Positions 37,555 through 47,349 of a DNA stretch of 64,000 nt are shown piece by piece. The translations under genes and the position numbers were made by a program. The notes under the pieces are model-generated. The model ran no database searches and was not told where the DNA came from. It saw only the letters and a list, made by a program, of their open reading frames with translations. The stretch's first letter is position 1, and every line of letters begins with the position of its first letter. The DNA is from Candidatus Eiseniibacteriota bacterium (GTDB lineage Bacteria > Eisenbacteria > RBG-16-71-46 > CAIMUX01 > VGJL01), in contig JBHGAY010000011.1 of the NCBI GenBank assembly GCA_041946735.1, positions 64,001 to 128,000 of the forward strand. The letters are read 5' to 3'.

Positions 37555-38312
37555 GATGGGCGGCTCCTTTTCTGCTTCTGACTTTGATTCTGAGCTTCGT
37601 CGAGCAAGGGCGGGGGCAGTTCCCTCGCCGCCTCCGCGTCGAGAATCCATTCGGCGCCATCGGCGAGCTGAATCGGATGACGAAGAGGATCGACGGGGCC
37701 CGTAATCGCCTGCTGCACCGCCCGCGCCTTTTCCTTCCCGGCGACGGCGACCAGGATGTGGCGGGCCGAAGCGATCACGGGAGGCGTGATCGTGACGCGC
37801 CACCGGACTCCGGCCGGCGCCTCGACCGCGACTGCACGCCGCCGGGTCTCGAGGATCGCCGGCGAGCCGGGGAAGAGCGAGGCGGTATGGGTGTCCGCCC
37901 CCATGCCGAGCAGGAGCAGATCGAGGGACGGAGGCAGGCCCGCTGCGTACTCCTCGGCGGCTCGCTCCCGGTCGCTCCGCTCTCCCTCGATCCGGTGGAT
38001 CCGCTCCGGCAGGACGGGCAGCGACGAGAAGAGCGTTTCCAGCGCCATCCCATAGTTGCTCTCCGGGTGCTCGGGCGGGACGCAGCGCTCGTCGGAAAAG
38101 TAGAAGTCGACATAAGACCATCCGATCCGGGCGGTTTCGGGAGAGGCCAGGATCGCGGCGTGGATCGCCCGCGGAGTGTCGCCGCCGGCGAGCCCGACCG
38201 AGGCGCGCCCCCGAGAGACGATCGATTCGCGGATCCCTCGCAGCACGCGTGAGGCGGCCGCATCGGCGAACTCATATCCCGGGCGGGCGAGGGTGAGAGA
38301 GAGCTCCTTCAT
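37551..38312 (-). CDS. pgl: 6-phosphogluconolactonase
   Basis: LAGGDTP, DERCVP...[18 protein letters not shown]. Confidence 0.95.
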   Translation of the reverse strand: MKELSLTLARPGYEFADAAASRVLRGIRESIVSRGRASVGLAGGDTPRAIHAAILASPETARIGWSYVDFYFSDERCVPPEHPESNYGMALETLFSSLPVLPERIHRIEGERSDRERAAEEYAAGLPPSLDLLLLGMGADTHTASLFPGSPAILETRRRAVAVEAPAGVRWRVTITPPVIASARHILVAVAGKEKARAVQQAITGPVDPLRHPIQLADGAEWILDAEAARELPPPLLDEAQNQSQKQKRSRPS

Positions 38313-39847
38313 CCCAGCTCCGTCCAACGCTTTCCCTCCCGCGACAGCATTTCTCGAGCTGCTTCGGGCCCCTCGCTCCCAGGCTCGTAGATCGAGAGCG
38401 GGATCGAGGCATCCGATCCCCAGGCCTCGAGGATCGGCTCGAGGAAGGCCCAGGAATTCTCGACCGCATCGCTGCGCCAGAAGAGCGTGGGATCGTCTCG
38501 CATGCAATCGAGCAGGAGCCGCTCGTAGGCGTCGTGGAGGGAGGTCTGGAATGTCTCGTTCCAGTCCATCCGCATCGTCACGTTGGCGATCGACAGCTCG
38601 TCGCCGGGGGCTTTGCTGACAAAACGGAGCGTCATTCCCGGGTCCGGTTGGATTCTCGCGAGAAGGAGGTTCGGCTCGAGCCGCTGGCAGAGGTCGTCGC
38701 GCCCAAAGAGGCAGAGAGGGACCTCGCGGAAATGGATCGCCACGAATGTCTCGCGGGAACGGAGGCGCTTGCCGGTCCGCAAGTAGAAGGGGACGCCCTG
38801 CCACCTCCAATTGTCGATCAAGACGCGCAGCGCCACGTAGGTCTCGGTCGTCGAGCCGGGGGCGACGGACGGCTCCTCCTGGTACCCGCGATACTGCCCC
38901 CGCACCACGTGGCGGGCGACGGCCTCGGCCGGGATCGGCCGGAGGGCGCGGAGCGTCCGCGCTCTCTGGTCGCGGATCTCCTCGGACTCGAAAGAGACGG
39001 GCGGGTCCATGGCGCACAACATCAGGAGCTGGAGGACGTGGCTCTGGATCATGTCGCGGAGGGCGCCGACCGTTTCGTAGAATCTGCCGCGCCCCTCGAT
39101 CCCGATCGATTCGCTCGACGTGATCTCGACGTGATCGATGTAGCGGCGGTTCCAGAGCGGCTCGAAGATCGAGTTGCCGAAGCGGAACACGAGGAGATTC
39201 TGCACCGCCTCTTTGCCCAGGTAGTGATCGATGCGGAAGACCTGGCGCTCGTCGATCGCGTGGGCGATCTGGCGGTTCAGTTCGCGTGCCGAGTGGAGGT
39301 CGGTCCCGAACGGTTTCTCGACAACGATGCGGTCCCACGGCTCCCGCGCCGAATCCTTGTTGCGATGGAGCAGCCCAGCCGCGAGGAGCCCCTCGAGGAC
39401 GTTCGGGAAGAGATCGGGGGGAGTGGCCATGTAGAAGAGAGCGTTTCCGTGGGTCGACTCGCGCGTCTCGGGAAGCGAGAGGATGCCTCGCAGTTCCCGG
39501 TAGACCTCCGACTCCTTGACGTCCCCTTCGAGGTAGGCGAGCCTACCCGCGAAGGATCGCCAGGCTTCGTCATCGAGCGGCTTCTCGCGGCCATGCTCCT
39601 CGATCGAGCGGCGGTACTCGTCCGGGAAGGCGTCGCCGCCTTTTCCGGAGCGGCCGATGCCGATGATGCGGACTCCTTCCGGCAGCTCTCCTTCCTGGTA
39701 GAGGCTGTACAAGGAAGGAAGAAGCTTGCGATGGGCGAGATCGCCGTTCGCGCCGAAGACGACGACCGCGCAGGGATCGGGACGCCGGGAGCGGAGGATC
39801 GGCGCTCCTGGCGGCCGGCTCGTTTCGATTCGTAGAGGTTCAGGCAC
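38309..39847 (-). CDS. zwf: Glucose-6-phosphate 1-dehydrogenase
   Basis: FGANGDLAHRKL, EKPFG, RIDHYLGKE, WQGVPFYLRTGK; GTG start after AGGAGG. Confidence 0.96.
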   Translation of the reverse strand: MPEPLRIETSRPPGAPILRSRRPDPCAVVVFGANGDLAHRKLLPSLYSLYQEGELPEGVRIIGIGRSGKGGDAFPDEYRRSIEEHGREKPLDDEAWRSFAGRLAYLEGDVKESEVYRELRGILSLPETRESTHGNALFYMATPPDLFPNVLEGLLAAGLLHRNKDSAREPWDRIVVEKPFGTDLHSARELNRQIAHAIDERQVFRIDHYLGKEAVQNLLVFRFGNSIFEPLWNRRYIDHVEITSSESIGIEGRGRFYETVGALRDMIQSHVLQLLMLCAMDPPVSFESEEIRDQRARTLRALRPIPAEAVARHVVRGQYRGYQEEPSVAPGSTTETYVALRVLIDNWRWQGVPFYLRTGKRLRSRETFVAIHFREVPLCLFGRDDLCQRLEPNLLLARIQPDPGMTLRFVSKAPGDELSIANVTMRMDWNETFQTSLHDAYERLLLDCMRDDPTLFWRSDAVENSWAFLEPILEAWGSDASIPLSIYEPGSEGPEAAREMLSREGKRWTELG

Positions 39848-40119
39848 GTGCCCTCCTGTCGAGTCCGGCGGTTCGAGCCGGCCTTCCTTTGGCGCGGCTC
39901 GATGGACGAAGCACGGGTGCGGTTCGACAATAGGCAATCGCGGATGGGCGAGGAAGCGGCGGAGCCCACGTGAGTGGCCGGCGCAAACGACCAGCGCAAA
40001 CGGCCGGCGCGAAAAGCGCGAACAGCCGGCGTGAACGGCTCGATTGCGCGATTGCCGAACGAACGGGCGCACCGCGAGCGGGCGTGAGATCTGAGCTCGC
40101 CGGTGGCCGGGAGCAAGAC

Positions 40120-41538
40120 GTGACGAAGAACACGAAGATCGTTGCGACGTACGGCCCTTCGATCGCGAAGCCGGAGATCCTGCGAGCCGTGCTGGAAGCG
40201 GGCGCCGACGTGATCCGGTTGAACTTCTCCTATGGAGCGCCGGAGGAGCACGAGCGAGCGATTCGGGACATTCGGGCGGCGGCCGCGACTCTCGGGCGGC
40301 CGGTCGCGATCCTGCAGGACCTGCGCGGGCCGAAGATCCGTGTCGGGCACCTGCCTCCCGGCGGGATCGTTCTCTCCGCCGGGGAGATCGTGCCGCTCGA
40401 GATGGGCCTGGACGCGGCGCCCGGCGCAATCCCGATCGAGGGGCACGCCGGGCTTGCGTCCGAAGTCCGGCCGGGCGAGCCGATCCTTCTCGACGACGGG
40501 GCGATCCGTCTCCGGGTGCTCGACGCCACTCCAGCTCGAATCCGCTGCGAGGTTCTCGCCGGAGGCCCCCTCCTAAGCGGCAAGGGGGTGAACCTTCCCG
40601 ACACCCGCTTGAGCGCCCTCGAAACGGTCACCGAAAAGGACCGAGCCGATCTCGCCTTCGGCATCCGCGCGGGCGTCGATTACGTGGCGCTGTCCTTCGT
40701 CCGATCGCCCCGGGACGTGCGGGAGCTGCGCCGGCTGCAATCGGAGCAAGGAGCGGCGATCCCGATCGTCGCGAAGATCGAAAAGCGAGAGGCGCTCCAC
40801 GAACTCCCGCAGATTCTCGAGGAGTCCGATGGCGTGATGGTTGCCCGAGGGGATCTGGGAGTCGAGACCGACCTGGAAGAGGTCGCCCTTCGCCAGAAGG
40901 AGATCATTCTCGCCTGCAACCGGGAAGGAAAGATCGTGATCACCGCGACGCAGATGCTGGAGTCGATGATTACGCATCCTTCTCCGACGCGCGCCGAGGT
41001 CTCGGACGTCTCCAACGCGGTGCTCGACGGGACCGATGCGGTGATGCTGAGCGGCGAGACTTCCGTCGGGACCTATCCCGTCGAGACGGTCGCCTTCATG
41101 GCGCGCATCGTCGAGAGAACCGAAGCGAGGTTCCCGCGCCACCTGGTCGGTCTCGTGCACCCGCTCCTTGCCGAAGTACCGGATGCCGTCGCCCACGCCG
41201 CTTGCACCCTCGCGGAGGAGATCCGCGCCGACGCCCTCGTTTGCCTGACGCGAAGCGGCCGCACCGCGCAGCTCGTCTCGCGCTATCGCCCGGCCTGTCC
41301 GATTCTCGCGCTCAGCCCCGACGCTGCCACCGTGCGGCGGCTGGCGATCGTATGGGGCGTCGAGCCGATGTACGGCGGGCCGGAAACGGCGTCCGGGGAC
41401 GGCGTGCGCGAAGCGATCGAGTGCGCGCGCGCGACGGGACGGTTCCGGCCGGGAGCGCGGATCGTCATCACCTCCGGTGTGCGCGACGGATCGCTCGGAG
41501 GTGTCACGAACTCGGTCCGGGTCGAATCGTTCCCCTGA
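40120..41538 (+). CDS. pyk: Pyruvate kinase
   Basis: TKIVAT.GP, RLNFS, DLRGPKIR, AKIE, MVARGDLG, ATQMLESM, PTRAE, MLSGET. Confidence 0.96.
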   Translation: MTKNTKIVATYGPSIAKPEILRAVLEAGADVIRLNFSYGAPEEHERAIRDIRAAAATLGRPVAILQDLRGPKIRVGHLPPGGIVLSAGEIVPLEMGLDAAPGAIPIEGHAGLASEVRPGEPILLDDGAIRLRVLDATPARIRCEVLAGGPLLSGKGVNLPDTRLSALETVTEKDRADLAFGIRAGVDYVALSFVRSPRDVRELRRLQSEQGAAIPIVAKIEKREALHELPQILEESDGVMVARGDLGVETDLEEVALRQKEIILACNREGKIVITATQMLESMITHPSPTRAEVSDVSNAVLDGTDAVMLSGETSVGTYPVETVAFMARIVERTEARFPRHLVGLVHPLLAEVPDAVAHAACTLAEEIRADALVCLTRSGRTAQLVSRYRPACPILALSPDAATVRRLAIVWGVEPMYGGPETASGDGVREAIECARATGRFRPGARIVITSGVRDGSLGGVTNSVRVESFP

Positions 41539-41969
41539 GAGGGGCGCCACTCGGCTCGACCCGTACTCTCCGGGCTCGCCTCCTCCCGCTCGGCTGCTTC
41601 CGCTCGCTCGTGCTCGCACGGCTCCTCCGCGTCATCGCCCGGGACCTCCGCGCTCTCTGCATCGCCTCGGCGGTTTCTTCCGTTGCTCCTCGCGCGGTTG
41701 CTCCTCGGTTGCTCGTTGAATCTCCAGAACGGGCGTGCAGAGATGGGGGAGAGGGAACGAGTCGCGCGAGGAGATCAGTAGCGGATGGAGGAAGCGGGAG
41801 CCGGGAGCGGGGAATCCGCGCGGAGCCGGGAAATGTCTTCCTTCGTCCGCCTCCGTTGGGAACCGCCACGCGGGAATCGTGATGAAAGAGGGAACGAGGC
41901 GCGGTGCGCGTGAGCGGATTCCGTCGCGGCCGTCGCCAGGGATACGGCCGGAAAAGGAAGGAGAAGAAG

Positions 41970-42608
41970 ATGGCGAACGCGAAAGAGGGCCGCACCGAAC
42001 AGAGCGACCGGAAGGAGAGCGAGGGAGGGAGCGAGGAACGACGTTCGAGCGGTGGAGCGCAAGGCAGGTCCGCAGAGCGCCGGGGCGGAGAGATGGCTCC
42101 CTGGACCCCGTCCATGTTCGCGTTGAGCCCGCGTGAGTTCTGGACCGCAAGCCCGTTCGATCTGATGCGCCGTTTCACGGAAGAGATGGGTCGATGGTTC
42201 GACGGATTCGGGCCAAGGGCGGGAGCGATGCGCTCCGGACGCGCGGCGGTTTCGTGGGCTCCCCCGGTGGAGATCCTGGAAAGGGACAACCATCTTCTCG
42301 TACGGGCGGAGCTGCCCGGCATGAAGAAGGAGGACGTCAAGGTGGAGGTCCGTGAAGGGGATCTCGTGATCCACGGTGAGCGGCGCCGAGAGCACGAGGA
42401 GCGCCGCGAGGGGATGGTGCAGTCCGAGTGGAGCTACGGCGAATTCTATCGCCGGCTTCCCCTTCCCGACGACGTCGACGCCTCTCAGGCGAACGGCCGC
42501 TTCCACGACGGCATTCTCGAGATCTCGCTGCCGATCGTAGAGGAGCGACGGAAAGGGCGGGAGATTCCGATCGAGGCGGGTTCGCGCGAGGAAAGGCCGC
42601 AAAAGTGA
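41970..42608 (+). CDS. Hsp20/alpha-crystallin small heat-shock protein
   Basis: WAPPVEI, AELPGM, HGER, YGEFYRRLPLP, FHDGILEI. Confidence 0.93.
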   Translation: MANAKEGRTEQSDRKESEGGSEERRSSGGAQGRSAERRGGEMAPWTPSMFALSPREFWTASPFDLMRRFTEEMGRWFDGFGPRAGAMRSGRAAVSWAPPVEILERDNHLLVRAELPGMKKEDVKVEVREGDLVIHGERRREHEERREGMVQSEWSYGEFYRRLPLPDDVDASQANGRFHDGILEISLPIVEERRKGREIPIEAGSREERPQK

Positions 42609-42659
42609 AGAAGACGCAGAAGCGAAGAAGCCGCAGGAGTGAATCGAGAGGAGGACGGC

Positions 42660-42845
42660 ATGGCATCGCATCGGGATCCGGTCTGTGGAATGACGGTGGA
42701 GGAAAGCCGGGCCGCAGCGACGAGCGAATACAAAGGCAACCGGTATTACTTCTGCTCCATGGAGTGCAAACGGCAGTTCGACCGACAGCCGGAGAAGTAC
42801 GCGACGACTTCGGCGACTCGGCAGGGCTCTCGATCTTCGTCGTAG
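42660..42845 (+). CDS. YHS domain protein
   Basis: DPVCGM...YYFCSMECK..F...PEKY; GGAGG RBS. Confidence 0.92.
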   Translation: MASHRDPVCGMTVEESRAAATSEYKGNRYYFCSMECKRQFDRQPEKYATTSATRQGSRSSS

Positions 42846-43245
42846 GAGCCTCGCAGCGACATCGCGACCGGGCGGCCCACGAACTCCGCTCGGGCGGGCT
42901 CTTCGGTACTCGCCTCTTCGAACGGCGCGGATCTCCGGATCCGCGTCGCGTCGTTTCTTACCCCTGCCTCATTACACAAGAATCACTGATGTTCGTGGTT
43001 GCCGCCTCGTATGATGACGGCGAGGGCCAGAAGTCCTGGTGAACGGAAGTCGATGCGCGCGTGAGCGGGGCTGTGATCGAGAATGTGAAAGGGGAGCTCT
43101 GTTGCCGGGCCCCGAGGCGGCGGAGATGGCCCAAAAGAAGAGACCGGAGCCGCACGACAAGAACCAGACCACACGCATCGACTTGGAATCGACCGGAAGA
43201 GTCATCCCGATCCGGCAACAAGCACACGAGCAGGAGGCGACATCG

Positions 43246-44289
43246 ATGAGCAGCCCTAGCGAAGCCAGGCGCATGGCGGAGAGAGCCGGGAACGAAGCCG
43301 AGACGAAGGCGCGTCAGGTAGTGGATCGGATCGGAGAGACAGCGAAGCAGGTCGGGGAACGAATCTCCTCGACCGTCCGCGAGAGTTCGCCGGGCACGCG
43401 CAGGGCCGTCGCCGGCGCCGCGGGAGGCCTTCTCGCGTACTACGCGATTCGCAGGCGCGGCATCCTGGGCGCCGGCGCCGGCCTCGCCAGTGTCGCGACG
43501 GTCGCCTACGCGGTCACCGGCAGAAGTCCGGCGTCGTTCATCCGCAGAGGCCGCAGGAACGGCTCCGGATATTCGGTCGACCGAACCCTGAGAGTCGACG
43601 CGCCGGTGCAGGATGTCTTCCGCTTCTGGACTCGCTACGAGAACCTGGCTCGCGTCTTCTCCCACATCGAGAGGGTCGAGGATCTCGGGAACGGGCGGTC
43701 CCGATGGATCGCGCGCGGCCCCGGCGGAATCCCGGTCGAGTGGGAAGCGATGCTCACCGCCCGTGTGCCCGACGAGCGTCTCGCGTGGAAGAGCCTGCCC
43801 GGCTCGCGGATGGATACCTGGGGCGAGGTCGAATTCCGCCCGAGCGGTGAAGGGACCGACATCCACATTCGCATGATGTACAACCCGCCGGGCGGGGTGG
43901 CCGGAAAGAAGCTCGCCGAGATGTTCGGGTCCGATCCCGATCAGGCCCTGGACGAGGACATCGAAAGGCTCCGGTCGACCCTGGAGCGTGAGCGCTCCCC
44001 CAGAACCGCGTCGTTTGCCAGCAATCCGCGTACCGACGGGACGTCGCCATCCGGTTCTTCGCGAGGCGGCGGTTCGCAGAGCGCTTCGCAGACGGGTTCG
44101 CAAGGCGGCTCCGCGAGATCGCAAGGCCAAGGCCAAGGCCAAGGACAAGGGCAAGGCCAAGGCCAAGGATCGGGGTCGCCTGGGCAGGCGGCGGGGTCCC
44201 GCGGTGGCTCCTCCCCAAGCGGGGCCACGAACTCGGGAAGCCGTAGTGGGGGATCCGGCCAGGACGGCGGCGACCGCACGAGAAGCTGA
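43246..44289 (+). CDS. SRPBCC (polyketide cyclase-like) family protein with Gly/Ser/Gln-rich tail
   Basis: VFRFW..YENL, SRW.ARGP.G..VEWEA, LAWKSLPGS, YNPPGG; AGGAGG before ATG 43246 (alternative start 43126). Confidence 0.87.
   Translation: MSSPSEARRMAERAGNEAETKARQVVDRIGETAKQVGERISSTVRESSPGTRRAVAGAAGGLLAYYAIRRRGILGAGAGLASVATVAYAVTGRSPASFIRRGRRNGSGYSVDRTLRVDAPVQDVFRFWTRYENLARVFSHIERVEDLGNGRSRWIARGPGGIPVEWEAMLTARVPDERLAWKSLPGSRMDTWGEVEFRPSGEGTDIHIRMMYNPPGGVAGKKLAEMFGSDPDQALDEDIERLRSTLERERSPRTASFASNPRTDGTSPSGSSRGGGSQSASQTGSQGGSARSQGQGQGQGQGQGQGQGSGSPGQAAGSRGGSSPSGATNSGSRSGGSGQDGGDRTRS
44122..44169 (+). repeat. Hexamer (CAAGGC)n repeat encoding (QG)8
   Basis: caaggccaaggccaaggccaaggacaagggcaaggccaaggccaagga in frame in the SRPBCC tail. 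Confidence 0.9.
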
Positions 44290-44662
44290 CCCAGCTTCGC
44301 AAGGCAGGGGGGAACTGCGCCGCCTGTCACTCGCGAAGCGGGCATTGGCCGATCGGGTCGGAGATCCGGCGAGGGCGTCTCCGCGTGGAAGCCTTCGCCC
44401 GCACCTGGGCTCGCGAGAAGCAAAACCGGGAACCGGCGACGAATAGGCTCGGAGAGGAAGACCGCACAGCAGGATCGATCGCGGCTCGCATGGAAGCGGC
44501 AGGAGCCCGTGTTTCGCAGGGAGGCGGTTTGAAGGCTTTGCGCAGCGACGGGAGCGAGGCGAGTGGCCGCTCCGGAACTCTCTCTCTCCTTCCAGCGGAT
44601 CACGGGGCCGAAAGTCGCCGCCTGACCCCATCCTCATGTTCGGAGCCCGCGAGGAGGACGAG

Positions 44663-45196
44663 ATGAAGCAGGAACCGGACCGCGGGATACGCGTCGAAGA
44701 ATCGGTACGGATCGCTCGCCCGGCCGCCACCCTCTATCACGTGTGGCGCGACTTTCACAATCTTCCGAAGATCATGAAACACCTCGATGAGGTGATCGTC
44801 CTCGACGGCAAACGATCTCACTGGGTCGCCAAGGGCCCGCTGGGGAAGCGCGTCGAATGGGACGCGGAGATCATCCACGAGGAGCCGGACCGGCAGATCT
44901 CCTGGCAGTCCATCTCCGGATCGGACGTGGCGAGCGCCGGCTCGGTTCGGTTTCTCCCCGACGAGAGGGATCGATCGATCACCGAGGTGCGAGTGGTGCT
45001 GCGATATGCGCCACCCGCCGGGAAGCTCGGAGAGGCGGTCGCCAGTCTGTTCGGCGATTCAGCGTCTCAGCAGATCCGCGACGACCTGGAGCACTTCCGG
45101 GAGTGGATGGAGCGGGACGGCGCGGCCGGCGAGCTCGCGCGGGCGGACGCCGCGCGCGGGCCGGGCGGCCGCGGGCGGGCCGAGCCGATCGATTGA
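44663..45196 (+). CDS. SRPBCC family protein
   Basis: WRDFHNLPKIMKHL, SHWVAKGP, VEWDAEI, AGSVRF, YAPPAG. Confidence 0.9.
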   Translation: MKQEPDRGIRVEESVRIARPAATLYHVWRDFHNLPKIMKHLDEVIVLDGKRSHWVAKGPLGKRVEWDAEIIHEEPDRQISWQSISGSDVASAGSVRFLPDERDRSITEVRVVLRYAPPAGKLGEAVASLFGDSASQQIRDDLEHFREWMERDGAAGELARADAARGPGGRGRAEPID

Positions 45197-45225
45197 GCCG
45201 GCACCAGCCAGGGGAGGGATCGCCG

Positions 45226-46269
45226 ATGCGCGCGAGAGCGGGACGGAACGGACGGAACGCGAAGATCTTCCCCCCTCCCCAGCGGGTCGCGGTCCTCCGC
45301 GCCCTGCAAGTGGGCGATCTGCTTTGCGCCGTGCCGGCGCTGCGCGCTCTGCGATCCTCCCTGCCCGAAGCGCGGATCGTCCTGATCGGACTGCCGTGGG
45401 CCCGCTGGTTCGTGCAGCGCTTCGCTTCCTATCTCGACGACTTCCTCGAGCTGCCCGGCTTCCCGGGCTTGCCGGAGAGGGAGTTCGATCACGAGATGTT
45501 CCCCGCCTTCCTTGCCGAAGCGCACGCGCATCGTTTCGATCTCGTCCTTCAGATGCACGGAAGCGGAGCGCTGACGAATCCTCTCGCCGCCCTCCTCGGG
45601 GCCGAAAGGGTCGCGGGATACCACGAGCCCGGCTCCTTCTGTCCCGATCCGTCGCTCTTTCTCGAGACGGTTCGCGGACCGGAGCCGGAGGTGCGGCGAT
45701 GGGTCCGCCTCGTGGAGCATGTCGGCTATCGGTCCTGCGGTGAGGATCTGGAGTTCCCCGTGTGGGAGAAGGATCGCCTCGAGCTGCGGCGCCGCCTGGG
45801 CTCCTCGGAGTCGTCGGCCTTCATCTGCGTGCACCCGGGCGGACGGTCGGCCGAGCGTCGCTGGCCGGCCGACCGTTTTGCGGAGGTGGCGGACCGGATC
45901 TCGGGCTGGGGATTCCCGATCGTGCTGACCGGAGGGCCCGGCGAGGAGGAGATCGGCCGGGAGGTCGCTGCGCGAATGCGAGCCCCCGCTCTCGACACCA
46001 TCGGGAAGTTGAGTCTTGGCGGGCTCGCGGCGCTCGTCGAAAGGGCCGCGCTGGTCGTCTGCAACGACACGTCCGTATCGCATATCGCGGCGGCTCTCAG
46101 GGTGCCGAGCGTCGTCATCACGGTCGCGTCGGATCCGGGCCGATGGGCCCCGCTCGACACCCAGCGGCACCGGATCGTGGACGGACCCCGTGAGGACGCG
46201 ACGGAAAGGGTGCTGCAAGAAGCGGAGTACGGGATCTCCGGAGGAGGAATCGAGCTGAAGTTCTCCTGA
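45226..46269 (+). CDS. Glycosyltransferase family 9 (ADP-heptose transferase-like)
   Basis: RALQVGDLLCAVPALRAL, VHPGG, RRWP, CNDTSVSHIAAAL. Confidence 0.9.
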   Translation: MRARAGRNGRNAKIFPPPQRVAVLRALQVGDLLCAVPALRALRSSLPEARIVLIGLPWARWFVQRFASYLDDFLELPGFPGLPEREFDHEMFPAFLAEAHAHRFDLVLQMHGSGALTNPLAALLGAERVAGYHEPGSFCPDPSLFLETVRGPEPEVRRWVRLVEHVGYRSCGEDLEFPVWEKDRLELRRRLGSSESSAFICVHPGGRSAERRWPADRFAEVADRISGWGFPIVLTGGPGEEEIGREVAARMRAPALDTIGKLSLGGLAALVERAALVVCNDTSVSHIAAALRVPSVVITVASDPGRWAPLDTQRHRIVDGPREDATERVLQEAEYGISGGGIELKFS

Positions 46270-46352
46270 GTCGACGAAGAGGCCGGGGAAGGGACGATCC
46301 CCGGCAAGCCGTTGGAAGCGGGCATGCGAACGCGAGAGCGAGGAAACGTAAC

Positions 46353-47330
46353 GTGAAGATCCTGACCTGGCACATCCACGGCAACTACCTGTACTACCTG
46401 TCGCAGTCTCCGCACGACTTCTTCCTTCCCGTGCTGCCGGGCCGGCCACCCGGATACACCGGCCGCTCCGGCTCCTTTCCCTGGGGCGACAACGTGCACG
46501 AGGTGCCGGCCGACCGGGTGCGCCACCTGCCAGTCGATTGCGTCCTCTATCAGTCCAGAAGGAATTGGGAAAGCGACCAGTACGAGATTCTTTCGGATTC
46601 CCAGCTGCGCGGCCCGCGGGTCTACCTCGAGCACGATCCTCCCCGGCAGTCTCCGACCGACACGCGGCACCCGTTGGACGATCCCGGAGTTCTGCTCGTG
46701 CACGTCACCCACTTCAACGATCTGATGTGGGACTCGGGCCCGGTGGAGACGCGTGTCATCGAGCACGGAGTCGTCGTCCCCTCCGGCGTCCGTTACACGG
46801 GGGAAATCGAACGCGGCCTGGTCGTGGTCAACAACCTCGTTTCGCGTGGCCGGAGGCTCGGATACGACCTCTACAGCCGGACACGGCAGCGCGTCCCGCT
46901 GGATCTCGTGGGGATGAACGCCGACATCGCTTTCGGTATCGGCGAGATCCAGCCGGACCGTCTCGCGGCGTTCGTCGCCCGCTATCGCTTTCTCTGGAAC
47001 CCGATCCGCTACACGAGCCTGGGGCTGGCGGTCTGTGAAGCGATGATGCTCGGGGTGCCGATCGTCGGCCTTGCGACGACCGAAATGTCCACGGTCATCG
47101 AGAACGGCGTTTCCGGCTACATCGACACCGACGTCGAACGTCTCATCGAGAGGATGCAGGGGCTGCTGCGCGACCCGGACCTCGCGCGCCGGCTGGGGGA
47201 AGGCGCGCGTCGCACAGCCATGGAAAGGTTCTCGATCGAGCGGTTCGGCCGCGATTGGGACCGGACGTTCACCGAGGTGGCCGGAGCATCCGGCGCCCAT
47301 GCGAGAACCCTGCATGCGGACCCTGCTTGA
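46353..47330 (+). CDS. Glycosyltransferase family 4
   Basis: ILTWHIHGNY, RYTSLGLAVCEAMMLGVPIV, ENGVSGY. Confidence 0.87.
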   Translation: MKILTWHIHGNYLYYLSQSPHDFFLPVLPGRPPGYTGRSGSFPWGDNVHEVPADRVRHLPVDCVLYQSRRNWESDQYEILSDSQLRGPRVYLEHDPPRQSPTDTRHPLDDPGVLLVHVTHFNDLMWDSGPVETRVIEHGVVVPSGVRYTGEIERGLVVVNNLVSRGRRLGYDLYSRTRQRVPLDLVGMNADIAFGIGEIQPDRLAAFVARYRFLWNPIRYTSLGLAVCEAMMLGVPIVGLATTEMSTVIENGVSGYIDTDVERLIERMQGLLRDPDLARRLGEGARRTAMERFSIERFGRDWDRTFTEVAGASGAHARTLHADPA

Positions 47331-47349
47331 GGGCCCACCAGGAGGAGCC

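Noticed and set aside
41820..41930. EcfG-type GGAAC...CGTT promoters upstream of hsp20
   Set aside because: GGAAC occurs twice, but spacing to a CGT[TG] is 13-14 nt rather than 16-17.
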